Of a DNA stretch of 64,000 nt, positions 27,034-43,332 are shown one piece after another; the stretch's first letter is position 1; every line of letters starts with the position of its first letter. The translations under genes and the position numbers were made by a program. Source of the DNA: Yuukianura sp. NJ FZ-2021 (lineage: Eukaryota); the NCBI GenBank assembly GCA_046563655.1, contig CM102290.1, positions 1,054,001 through 1,118,000 on the forward strand, read 5' to 3'. A model generated the notes under the pieces. It did no database searches, was not told the DNA's origin, and worked only from the letters and a program-made list of their open reading frames with translations.

Positions 27034-30000
27034 TTCGTTGTAAATACTAAAATTACAAGTAACTTAAAGTTAAACAAAAAGAAGAAGCAACAAACAATGA
27101 ATTTTGGATTAGAACGATTGGTTTTTTAGTAGAACTCAAAATTTAGGTTAGGTTAACCTATAAAACGGAAATATTTTGACTAAAACGGTTGAATATCAGA
27201 GTGCAATGAATGTTATTTTCTGCTAAAAAAAAATAGAAAAAAAAGTAAATTGAGTTGTAGAATGGGATTTGATTTTTTTAATTTGTATAAAAATGTACAT
27301 TGCAAGAGTGCTCTGCTGTGATTAGTCAAAACAATTATTAATTGTTGGGGAATCTGACCACACTAACGTCATTCATAATAAAGTATTTATGTATTTAAAA
27401 ACAAATTGGAAATTCAAAAAAATGTCCTTTTTATATGCTAAAGACAAATGCTTTCTTAAAATTACATTTGACTTATTTCTAATTTTCCATTTAATGTTTT
27501 TCTTCTTAATTTCTTATGTTTTTAGATTTAATCTTCAGACTGTGATAAAAACGTAACTCGAGCTTACAGTACTTTTTCACTTTGATTTTCAAATGATCAC
27601 GACGGATTTGTTTTTGTTTCCAATTTATACAAAATTGAATATCTTTTTTTATAAGTTCAAAAAATTGGGAAGGTTTTAAAAAGCCTTTGTTAACAATACA
27701 TTTGTGTACCTTCATTGAAACTTGTAAAAAAAAAGGTTTTTGGCGACTAACATCCTTTATATTGTTGGCTTAATCGTAAGATGAGTTTCTATTTTTGTTC
27801 TACATAAGTTCAACTTTGACAAAAAAAAACGTTAATTGAAACGACTAAAAATGAACCATTTTAGATAATTATAATAATAGATACCGTAGATATTGTGTAG
27901 TAAGTTGACACATACGAATTCCCATGCTACTAGGTACGCTGTAAACTTGAATGTTTTCGACATTTAGATTGAATCAATGAAGTATGTAGTTGGAATTAGG
28001 ACTTTTGTATTTATTGTGTGTTTCCTTCCTGCAGTATATACCCTAACCTACCCTAATCCTCACTGTATTAAGTATTATTTATTTTTCGTACTGACCTTCT
28101 TGAGTTGTGCAGATTTTACTCATGTTAAATACTTGTTGGTTAAATAAAACAGTTTTAATTTAATTTGAATACAGTTAGACAATGCAGGCAGCTTACCTTA
28201 AAGTTAAACTTTTAATTTTATAAAGTCTCTTAAGTGTTGCTGTAATTTTGTGTAATGTACATGTGTAGTATTTCGTATCCTTAACTCTCATTAGCTAACA
28301 TATTGAACATTGAGATTTTCAATTACTACCAAAAATCAAAGCCAAATGGAGTAAGGGGGTTAAGGTAAATGAAGACGAAATTAGTGAATAAGGTAAAATG
28401 CAGAAAAGAAAGTGAAAATTAAGTAATTAAATGCTTGGTGAAAGCAAGTTTCATCACAATGAAAAGAAACAATTCTGAAATTGTGTAAAATTTATAGTTT
28501 GAGAAGACAATATGTGCAATGTCATGAAGCTAAACTTCATCGAAAACTCTACTCATTCAATGGTTGTAATAAAATATTATTGCCTCAAGAACATTCTTGG
28601 AAAAAGCTAATTTGAAAATTATTTTTTGGATGGAAAACAAAACTAGAGTGTACAAACATTTGAGGTGAAAGTTGTTTTTTTCCCATAAACAGACAAACAA
28701 AACGTAAACATAAGAAACAAAAATGTTTAAGCGATTTTTTCTCTCGAGTTTTCTGGGTTTTTATGAAGAAAATGGATTAGTATTAGGAACTAAAAAGATG
28801 AACTCGTTACCATCAAAAGGCAGTGACAGCTTAGCATAATTTCAGTCAATTAAAGTGAAAAAAATTAAGTATCGTAACCGCCTCTTTCCGTGGAACGGTT
28901 TTTGCACATCTTGTGCTGATGATTTGACTAGCATTGCATGCATGTTCGTTATTTCCTTCGGGGGAGGAACAGTGCGGAAGTATCTTTGCTTACCTGTTGA
29001 TTGCAAATTTTCGTGTGATGTCTTCATTTCTTCTGTCTCCCGAAAGTTTGTGATTCAAAAATGCAAATTTAAAACCGGTGCGGTGGTGGGATCTTGAGCA
29101 ATTTATTCCTTGACATAAATTCTTTTAAACCAGTGCGATGATAATGCGATGACAGAATTTTACGCACATAAAACCACTTATTGTCGAAATGTCTTTTCAA
29201 AATTTTGAATCGAACATTTCCGTCTAAAGAGGTTGAAATGTATTGACTTGAAACGACTTTCCACCGGCACATTGTAAAAGACGCTTAGAGCCAACGGAAA
29301 AATGTAGTCGTCGTCTCGAACAATTTCTAGGAAAACCTGTTGATATTCTTCATTGTCTGGATTTTGCAAATCCTGTGGAAAAGGAAAGCAAAAAGACATA
29401 AAAATTTATCAGACCCGGAAATGATGTGAAATCTTTCCGAAAGAATCAAAGCAAAGGTTTTTTGTGAAAGCTTTCGATACTTAGAAATCGACACAAACTG
29501 TTCAAAGTCCATAACCAGTTAAAGTACCTATTTGAAAAATACCAAAAAAGTAGGCTAAGTATTTAGATCAAACAGATTTTCCTGTAGACTCTATTCATCA
29601 GAATTTAATGAACTTCCGATTGCTTAGGTTTCAAAAGTTTCCTTAGCCAAGATTAGAGTACTTTTGAAACGTAACGGTAAACTTTTCGGCTCAAAGTTCA
29701 ATAATTTTCGACAGAAAAAATGATCAGAATTTACTTTTAGAAAATCATGTTAAAAAGTAAATGAGTACCTAGGTGTATCATTTACTCAACCTTCTGTCAA
29801 TTGCCACATTTCCGCTTCCATCCAGAAAAACTAAACTTTTCTTCGCTTCCAAAATGGCATGAGTCAGGAAGTTTGAGTAGAAAAAAAAAAGAAACCTTTG
29901 GACTTTTTGTACACTTCATCAATTTGAAATCTCACAAATCATGATGCTCATCTTTTACTCACGTCTGCTATCAGTCAAACCACAAGATTTCTTGACCTCT

Positions 30001-30379
30001 TCATTGAGTAACTCATAAAAGTAATTACTGACTCACTTTGACATGGAAAAACGAGAAAAAGAGAGCTCTTCTTCTTCCGTTTGGACCATCAGAGTTCAAA
30101 TCCTTTAAACATTCATAATAGACATCAAACACTTACACACACAGACCGTAATCCTTCCAAATAATTATAATAATAAAAGCTTAAAGATGAACTCGTTCCG
30201 CTTGCAGAAAAACCGCATTCCACTACGTTTGAGACCCTCTTATCCCTTATTGATTGCCATTCACCCGTGGATCTGTCGCCTAACCGTGAATTTAACTGAT
30301 TCGCCGAGGTGTTTCCTGCCTTCACTCATTCACGTGCCGCTGATGAATAAGTACCTGAAAAACCTCCGAAGACTTTCTA

Positions 30380-30424
30380 GGAAAAACAACTTTTCCATTG
30401 CAACAATGGAAAAGTTGTTTTTCC
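30380..30424. repeat. Perfect 21-bp stem, 3-nt loop hairpin downstream of the GBE1 stop
   Basis: GGAAAAACAACTTTTCCATTG-CAA-CAATGGAAAAGTTGTTTTTCC. Confidence 0.9.
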
Positions 30425-30540
30425 ATGCTGCCAAGCACATGCGCTTCGTAGGAGATTTCGCTCCTGGATTTATTAAGCAGGAAAAGTAATCTCGAACTCA
30501 AAAATTTGGCACGCTAACTCAAATTTGGTACGACTTTACT

Positions 30541-34795
<4,255 letters not shown>

Positions 34796-36871
34796 GCTAC
34801 TGACAATCCAAGAAACAATTATGATCAGGCTTAATTAACAATTGGTAATTGCTTTTAACTTGTAACAACTGCAAATCGACGTGAGACATAAGAATGACCT
34901 CAAATTGACCTTTACCTATTATAGTATGCACTGATCCTGAGACATAAAAAGAGAAAAACAAAGCTTATTCCCACCCTCTCCGATTCAAAATTACTTTTTG
35001 CAACAGATTGTCGCAATGCTAAGCTCACAAATTTCTGTTCCTATTACAATAAAACATATTCGTTTGGTTTATGTCAATTAGTTAGTACATTTAATGTTAA
35101 CGAAGATAGTAATAGAATTATGTAGCAATTTCCTATTAGACGCTAGTTCTACAGTTCTTGTACCCTACGTTTGGCAGGAAATACATATGTAGGTTGGCAG
35201 ACCTAACTCATTAAAAATTTAGCACTTATCAACATTTTTCGACACCGATTGCCAAAAAACAAACTTACAAGCAGTTTCAATGTTCTAATTCCTACTAAAA
35301 TTTAACTGTTTTTGGCCTACATATACATCTCAAATTCACTTTTAGTTACCTTAAACTCGTTCGCTTTTCTATTCTCAATTTCAGTCCTGTTTCAATTTCG
35401 GAAGTGGTGTGTGCAGAGGAGGTAAGATCACTTTTGAAAATGAACATTCATAGTTTTAGAGTCTATCGCGAAGTCAAGGTCCTTCAGATTTCAAGTGGAT
35501 CTTGGCTGGAAAGTGGTCAGAATTAAAGATGTGATACATAAACATTACATTTGGACTTGGGATGTCCACTGCGTGTGTACAATATGATACACTTTGTAGT
35601 GTGTTCACGTTCTCGACTAATTTTGCTATAACGCTTGGCCAAAAACTGAGTTTTACTATTGCAGATTAATCAAAGTATCAAACAGTTAACTCGAATTACG
35701 CAATTTCAAGGACGTTAAAGCTTGTCACGCTATCAGTTTAAAACTAAAAGTTTGAAGAAATCTGAGTAAACTAATTCAAGTGCAAATTGTAATTTTAAGC
35801 TAAAAACTATATAGGTCAAACTGTAGGTCATAAAACAGTTCCTATTGCAAAGCCTTCTCACACTTCTATTCTGTATCTGTATATAATTTGTATATAACCT
35901 GATCAATATCAAAAACTGAAACTATAAGAAAGCATAACCAAAAACAATTTTTTGATAGTATCAAATCGACCTTATTAGTTTATTGATGTCAATATTACTT
36001 CTTGCCCCATGCTTTATAATGTTACAAACCATTTTCAACATAAAATCGTTTTCCAACAACAACAACAACAAAATCATCGAAAGGGCTCCCTTCGCATTTT
36101 TTTTCGGTAGTCGGAAAAGCTTTTCAACACACTAAAACACATTTTCAACATTTTTCAACATAAAAAGAAGTATTACAAAAGGAGGGACACGCTTCCCGTC
36201 ACATTGGAAAAAAAAATGTTTGTTTAAATTTTTTTTGACTTTTTTCTTTTAACTTTCTACGTTGTTTCGATCAAGTTTCCAGCGTTTTCCAAAACAAAAA
36301 TTTACCCAAGGAGTCAGATTTTTTTTTCACTTGACTTAAGGCTTCGTAAACTTTTTTTCGCGTGGTAACGGCAGAGAGTCAATGGCCTTTAGCACTCAAA
36401 ATTTTTACTGGAACAAACAACAGGTATCATCTTTCACGCTCGCTTACATATTTTCTTTTTTCCCTGGGCATAAGAAAAAACTTGGAATTCCAGTTGTTGT
36501 CCATTACATAAATGCAACTATACTATCTTCTCTGTAGGATTCCGTAACCTCGTTGACCGCAGAGTTTAGACTTTTAAAGTTGCGGTGAACCCATTGATAT
36601 ACACAGTATACGAAAACGTTCGCCTTGTACTAAAAGTTAATTTTGTGTAGAAAGAAATATTCACCTTGAGTACTAATTACGGTCAATTGATTCCGATATT
36701 CAAAATGGCGACAAAGCTTGGGTGAGTGTGGTGATCCATGAGTGATTGCTTTCAACGTTTCAACTCATCACTTGTTTGCCACTAAAAACTGCACTTTGTC
36801 ATCCATTTCTTTCAGGCTGTGCAGTTGAACTCTTGACGGTGGACCACTTTGCAATTTGCAGTATTGCAACA

Positions 36872-39800
36872 ATGTGGACTTTACGTTCTGGACTTGGTGT
36901 ATCTGTTTTCTTATTGAGCATCTTATGCTGCCTTGCAGTAAAGAAAAATCCAAAACCTCCACCATGTGACAGGTAATATAAAGTTCATACAACTATGAAT
37001 TATTTGTATTAATTTTTCGTCTCTTTTCTGATTTTTAGTGCAATTTACTGTCATGGGCCACTTTTGAAAATGGTTCAGTTGAATCATATTTTCAGTGAAG
37101 ACAAAATTTTTGTAGATCTCCCGCTTAAATATTCACCGGAAGAGGTGCTAGCGAACTTTGAAACTTTTAGAAAATCTCATACCAAAGCTCCGAAAAAGGC
37201 TGACATCAAAAAATTTGTTGATGAAAACTTTATTCTCAATGGTACGCCTCTTACGAATAATTTTCAAATTTTTGATTTACTTTCTAATTTTGGAAATTGG
37301 CTTTGTTACTTTTTCCAGGTGAAGAGTTTGAGGCATGGACTCCAGCCGACTGGAAAGAATCTCCAAAGTTTTTGGAAAAAATTGAAAATGCGGAGTTACG
37401 TAAATGGGCGTGGACGCTGAACGGGTTTTGGAAGGATTTAGGCAGAAACATTTCGGGTGACGTTAGAACACGACCGGAACGCTACTCATTGCTACCACTC
37501 ACTCATCCATTTATTGTTCCTGGCGGGAGATTTCGAGAAGTTTACTATTGGGACTCGTACTGGATTCTGCGCGGGCTCCTTCAATCCGAAATGTTTGACA
37601 CAGCCAAGGGCATGATCCAAAATTTCCTGGAATTGGTGGAAAAGAATGGCTTTGTTCCCAATGGTGGACGCATTTATTACCAACGAAGTCAACCGCCAAT
37701 GCTAATTCAAATGGTCAAGTCTTACTTTGATGCCACTTTGGACACGGAGTTTCTTCAGTCCGCCCTTCCAGTTTTGGAAAAGGAATTTACATTCTGGATT
37801 ACTCGTCGAATGATTACAATAGTTTCCGACAAACGGAGGTATTCAGCTGCGAGATACTGCAGTGACCGAAGTGGACCACGCCCAGAAGCTTACAGGTAAG
37901 GTCAAGGTTACTTTAGCACCCACTTATACAAATGCGCTAACAGGTTATGCCATAACTCACTTTTTTCCAAAAAAAAAAATTGCGAAAAAAATTAATTTTT
38001 TACGATTTAACAAACAAAAAAAAACAATTTTTTTAAAACAGGAGATATGGCACAACCTGCTAAGAAAAAACAAAGTTTCGAGTTAAAAAACCTTGGGTAA
38101 GGTAGCACCCTAAAAGCTCGTTTCAAACCAGGGTTCGAAAATTACGGTATTTTTGCCGAAAACTACGTAACTTACGTAATTATCGTAACTTACGTAATCT
38201 ACGTACGATTGTAATTTTTCAAACAAGCCGCCTGCACCCCACTCCCATCCCCAAACCATAAACTATTAATATCTACTATCTAATTGCGTTAAAAATCAAA
38301 CCAAGGCCTGATAGAAATATACTGCGGTAGACAATATTTACTACTATTTTATTTTTAAGACTAAACTAACACACTTAACGCAATTAACACAAATAGTTCG
38401 AGAAACATAACACTAATTATTCCACCGCCATCACATCTAACTCTTCCTCAGGCTCGCAGCTCGCTCTCAACAATTAGACTCTGAAAATATTAAAGTGAAC
38501 ATGACGTACTTGGCCCAATTGATTCGGAGTCTTTGCCAACGTTTTGATGTTTCTGTAAGTGTGATTTCATCCTGTACGGGATTCCTGCATGTCTCCAATC
38601 ACACAACTTACAATTTGCCCAGGGGATCTTACTGCCCGGGTTTGGTTCAAGGTCAAAATCGTTCCAAATCGGATCTCTGACTCGTGGCATTTCAATAACA
38701 GCCAGTTAAAACAACAGAAAGAAAAGCTACGAAGAATATCCTGGTATTTCTCGAGCAGACTGCTCGAGAATTATCCTGGTATTTCTCGAGCAGACTGCTC
38801 GAAGAATATCCTGGTATTTCTCGAGCAGACTGCTCGAAGAATATCCTGGTATTTCTCGAGCAGACTGCTCGAAGAATATCCTGGTATTTCTCGAGCAGAC
38901 TGCTCGAGAATTATCCTGGTATTTCTCGAGCAGACTGCTCGAAGAATATCCTGGTATTTCTCGAGCAGACTGCTCGAAGAATATCCTGGTATTTCTCGAA
39001 CAGACTGCTCGAGAATTATCCTGGTATTTCTCGAGCAGACTGCTCGAAGAATATCCTGGTATTTCTCGAGCAGACTGCTCGAGAATTATCCTGGTATTTC
39101 TCGAGCAGACTGCTCGAAGAATATCCTGGTATTTCTCGAGCAGACTGCTCGAAGAATATCCTGGTATTTCTCGAGCAGACTGCTCGAGAATTATCCTGGT
39201 ATTTCTCGAGCAGACTGCTCGAAGAATATCCTGGTATTTCTCGAGCAGACTGCTCGAAGAATATCCTGGTATTTCTCGAGCAGACTGCTCGAAGAATATC
39301 CTGGTATTTCTCGAGCAGACTGCTCGAGAATTATCCTGGTATTTCTCGAGCAGACTGCTCGAAGAATATCCTGGTATTTCTCGAGCAGACTGCTCGAAGA
39401 ATATCCTGGTATTTCTCGAGCAGACTGCTCGAGAATTATCCTGCTATTTCTCGAGCAGACTGCTCGAAGAATATCCTGGTATTTCTCGAGCAGACTGCTC
39501 GAAGAATATCCTGGTATTTCTCGAGCAGACTGCTCGAGAATTATCCTGGTATTTCTCGAGCAGACTGCTCGAAGAATATCCTGGTATTTCTCGAGCAGAC
39601 TGCTCGAAGAATATCCTGGTATTTCTCGAGCAGACTGCTCGAAGAATATCCTGGTATTTCTCGAGCAGACTGCTCGAAGAATATCCTGGTATTTCTCGAG
39701 CAGACTGCTCGAAGAATATCCTGGTATTTCTCGAGCAGACTGCTCGAAGAATATCCTGGTATTTCTCGAGCAGACTGCTCGAAGAATATCCTGGTATTTC

Positions 39801-41250
39801 TCGAGCAGTCTGCTCGGGAAAAAACCGAAAAAATAAACATCTAAATCACTGCTCTTTTGTTATTTTGGACTTCTCCCGCTCCCCTCACTCCTACGCTGTC
39901 TCCCTCCCGCGTAAAATTCAAAAGAATAAAAATTTCGAAAATTACAACCCCTCTGAAAATTACGTAACTTACGTACGTAAGTTACGTAAGTTACAGGACG
40001 TAAGTTACAGCCTTCGAACCCTGTTTCAAACAGCTTTCTTAAAAAAAAAAGTTGGATTTGTAAATATTTCTTGAAATGTTGGCTTTTTTTTCCTATTCTC
40101 ACAGCAAGGACTACGCATTGGTCAAACCTTACAAAACTAACACGGATAGACAGCATTTGTACACGAACATTCAAAGTGCTGCTGAGAGTGGGTGGGACTT
40201 TTCCTCGAGATGGTACATTCCAGAAGATGAAAATGTCCCAGGTCAATCATAAGCACAAAAATAATAACCAAGTTAATCTATTTTCCTTGAAGTTTAGATT
40301 CAATTTTGTTTTCATTTCAGGAAACAACACTGACACGGACCCTTGCCACATAATTCCAGTGGATCTCAATGCTCTCATGTTCCTCAATGCTCAAACAATG
40401 ACCAAACTCTACTCTCTGGTATGAAGCTTCGTTTTCACTTAAACTTTCAAGCTTTTTAACTGATTCTTAAACGGGTGGATTTGCTGGTAGGCCGGTGATC
40501 TCAGACGAAGCTACGTGTTCATCAAATACGCCGACGACTTTAAGCGTACCCTTCAAAAATTGCTGTGGGACAAGGACCTTGGATCGTACTTTGATTTCGA
40601 CAGAACGAACCACCGCAGAATAACTGACTTCTACGCAAGCTCATTCTTTCCGCTTTGGGCCGGCGTTGACAACACACCAAGTACTGTCAATCAAATGCTC
40701 GGATACTGGCAATCTCAGAAGGTGTTTGACTTTCCTGGAGGAATTCCGACGTCACTGCATAACACAGGTCAGGAGCACCATCCGTACTGTCAATTACTAG
40801 GAAAATAGTAGATTGAAATTTCAAAAAAAAACAATCTAAAAATACATGTATTAAAAATGGTAACAGGTCAACAATGGGACTTACCAAACGGATGGGCACC
40901 ACTGAATCACATTGCGATTGAAGCTCTTGGCAAGTCTGGAAATCCAATTGCCAAAGAGATGGCTGTACAAATTGCACAGAAATGGATTGGGACCAACTAC
41001 AAAGCATTTTATGCTCAAGAACCAAATACCATGTTCGAAAAGGTAAGCTTTAAAATAAATTTTTGGAAATTGGAAAATATTTCAATTTTCTCCACATTGA
41101 AATCATATTTTGCTTTCCCAATAGTATGACGTCACTCAATTCGGTAAGCCTGGAAGTGGAGGTGAGTACACCGTGGTTGCTGGGTTTGGATGGACCAATG
41201 GTGTCGTTCTAGATCTGCTCAGCCAGTACGGCAGCGTCTTGTCTGTTTGA
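36872..41250 (+). CDS. Treh: Trehalase (GH37), secreted/soluble type; exons 36872-36972, 37039-37241, 37319-37895, 40105-40241, 40321-40418, 40491-40767, 40867-41042, 41125-41250
   Basis: Signal peptide; IYCHGPLL, PGGRFREVYYWDSYW, RSQPP, PRPE, AAESGWDFSSRW (catalytic Asp), PVDLN, QWDLPNGWAP and GGEY...GFGWTNG (catalytic Glu). No C-terminal transmembrane segment. Confidence 0.97.
37903..38095 (+). mobile_element. CAAGG-TIR MITE, subfamily A (P-element-like), with 8-bp TSD GGTAAGGT
   Basis: Ends are CAAGGTT / AACCTTG. GGTAAGGT flanks both sides (37895-37902 and 38096-38103). The internal sequence is shared with the 12495 and 57824 copies. Confidence 0.9.
38490..38690 (-). pseudogene. N-terminal BED zinc-finger remnant of a hAT transposase
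   Basis: MPRVRDPIWNDF...ANCKLC...MKSHLQKH has the W-x2-F, CxxC, H-x3-H BED pattern. No catalytic DDE or dimerisation domain follows. Confidence 0.75.
38730..39817. repeat. Tandem minisatellite, 31 x 35 bp (CGAAGAATATCCTGGTATTTCTCGAGCAGACTGCT, variant CGAGAATTATCC...)
   Basis: Read directly from the sequence. Each unit junction forms the palindrome TCGAGCAG-A-CTGCTCGA. No spacers. Confidence 0.98.
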
Positions 41251-43332
41251 CAAACTGGTGTTTGATTTGTAAAATGTAAAAAAAAGTACTTTCTCGAAAT
41301 AAAATTAAAGTTTTGACACTAATTTTTTTTAGTTTATTGAATATAATTCATGAGTTGTGAGATGAGGAGATCAAGTTTACATTTTTGCTAAACTTTATAA
41401 TTGACGCACACATAAAGTTTCATGCACCATTTCTGGAGTGTACCTTTCTCCATCAGGTCTACAAGAATTCTTGACTTTCTTTTTTATAGCGAAAATCTTC
41501 ACAATGTAAAGAGTACAACATGCAATACAACTCTGCTAAACTTAGCTTTAAATAGACGCACAATATCTTAAACTAGCGTCTAGCGTTACTTCTAACATTC
41601 TAGAATAAACTACTCTGTATTTTTAAATTTTCAATTAGCACATTAGTAATAACTTAGCTTTTAGCAATGACAATTTACAGTTACACGTCTATACTGATTT
41701 TGTTTATCACTCTCAATGTTAATACTGACACTTAGAAATGCTTCGATTGAAGACGGAAAATGGGAACTAACATGCAGAAAATCTTCTGAGCCAAAGTCAA
41801 GAAAAAGTTAAGTTAACAAACATATTGTCATGATGCAATTTTGGCTTCGTTTTTTTTTTCAATATTGTCATTTTTTCCATTGTGAAACATCCAAATTTTG
41901 TGAGCCACTTTGAGTCTCAAAAAGAAATTTAGAATTTTCAAATAGAATTTGAACAACTTTTAAAATAGTTTAGGCAGAGCAGATAGTTGCACGTATTGTC
42001 CTCACAAGGGAGCTTTATAAGAGAAAGCTTAGAATTTTTCCCAGTTTTAAAACTCCTAATACCAATTTTTTTCCATTTTGAATTTACAATTAGTCATGGT
42101 TGGGGCATTGTGTTCAAAGGTTTAAAAGCTTGTTAATTTGCTTGTTCGAATTTGTTTGCCTTAGAAATCTAAACTTTACTAATAGTCCCACACCAAATGA
42201 CACTTTATACATTGACGATTCTTAAGGTTTAATTATTGTCAGAAGCAAAAAGTATTTATGAATACTTTTTTGTTTAAAAAAAAGTTTTTCAACGACTAAT
42301 TTTTTTTTAGTTTTAGCAAACTTTTACATTATAAGCTTTACAGCTCACAGTGCTTATACTTTTTTCTTTTAATCTTTTTTGTTGCATTTCTTTCTTTTTT
42401 TTTATGAAGCACTAAAGTTAGTAAGTAGCGCCATAGTGCTCAGAACGTTGGTGAACAAAAAATTTCAAAAACGCGCCAAACATTACGTAAAGAGTTAAGC
42501 AAGCTGCCATTAATCATTTGGGTAAAACGTAACTCACAATTTTCAACTCAAAATTCTTCATCTAAAGATTCGAAGCTCCAAAATAAATCAAGGAAACGGA
42601 AACTTTGTTGTTTTAAATTAAAAATTAAAAAAAAATAAGCACAGGATTATTTGAAAAATAAGACGAAGTTTGCGTTATACTCACACCGTGAGAACAATCG
42701 GAGATCTTGGCTGTACTCCTACACTAAAAGCTTATGCTCTTAACGATTGACTTTGACTAGCATTAAATTAAGTCGAATATTTACATTCATTGGACATCAC
42801 ACTGCACCTTCTTTGTTCTTCTGAATCGAAATTCGAAACAAAGGAGTTTTAAAAAATGTGGGAATATCCTATAAGTTAACTTACCAGTCGGTGCACCACA
42901 ACTAGCCTAACGTAACTAACCTCACATAAGTAACCTAACACCTTAAACCACCAAAAACTTATTGTCTCGGTAAAATGTTAGTGTGCACGATGATTGTTAA
43001 GCAATAAGGGAAACAACCCCGTCATTTGAGCGCTAATTTTAAACATCTCTAAAACAACTTTCTGCTCTGTCGAATGTCACTGGAGTCACCAAACTTTTCA
43101 CTGAAGTGCTTTGCAAATATTGTCACTCAAGACAAGCTCATTCCAGAATTCTCCAAATTCTCCATTTCCACCAGTTTTCATTTAAAAATCGTCCTACATA
43201 AAACTCGTGTTTCAATTTTTTTTGTTAAAAGATGTTACAATTTGTACCGACTCAAGTTGTAACTTCTTCCTTTTAGTAACACGAACGGAATGGAATATAG
43301 TTTTGAATTTTGTAATTTCAAGGTAAAGTACT

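Larger units (their letters stand above)
38129..40023 (-). mobile_element. Non-autonomous hAT-superfamily DNA transposon (internal-deletion derivative)
   Basis: 11-bp TIR CAGGGTTCGAA / TTCGAACCCTG; exact 8-bp TSD TTTCAAAC (38121-38128 and 40024-40031); subterminal TTACGTAA(C) arrays at both ends; BED-finger ORF inside. Confidence 0.92.

Noticed and set aside
38730..39817. CRISPR array (35-bp palindromic repeats)
   Set aside because: Units are directly adjacent with no unique spacers, there are no cas genes, and the context is a eukaryotic intron.
38589..39836. 415-aa ORF as a real protein
   Set aside because: It is a by-product of a stop-free 35-bp tandem repeat inside a transposon within an intron.
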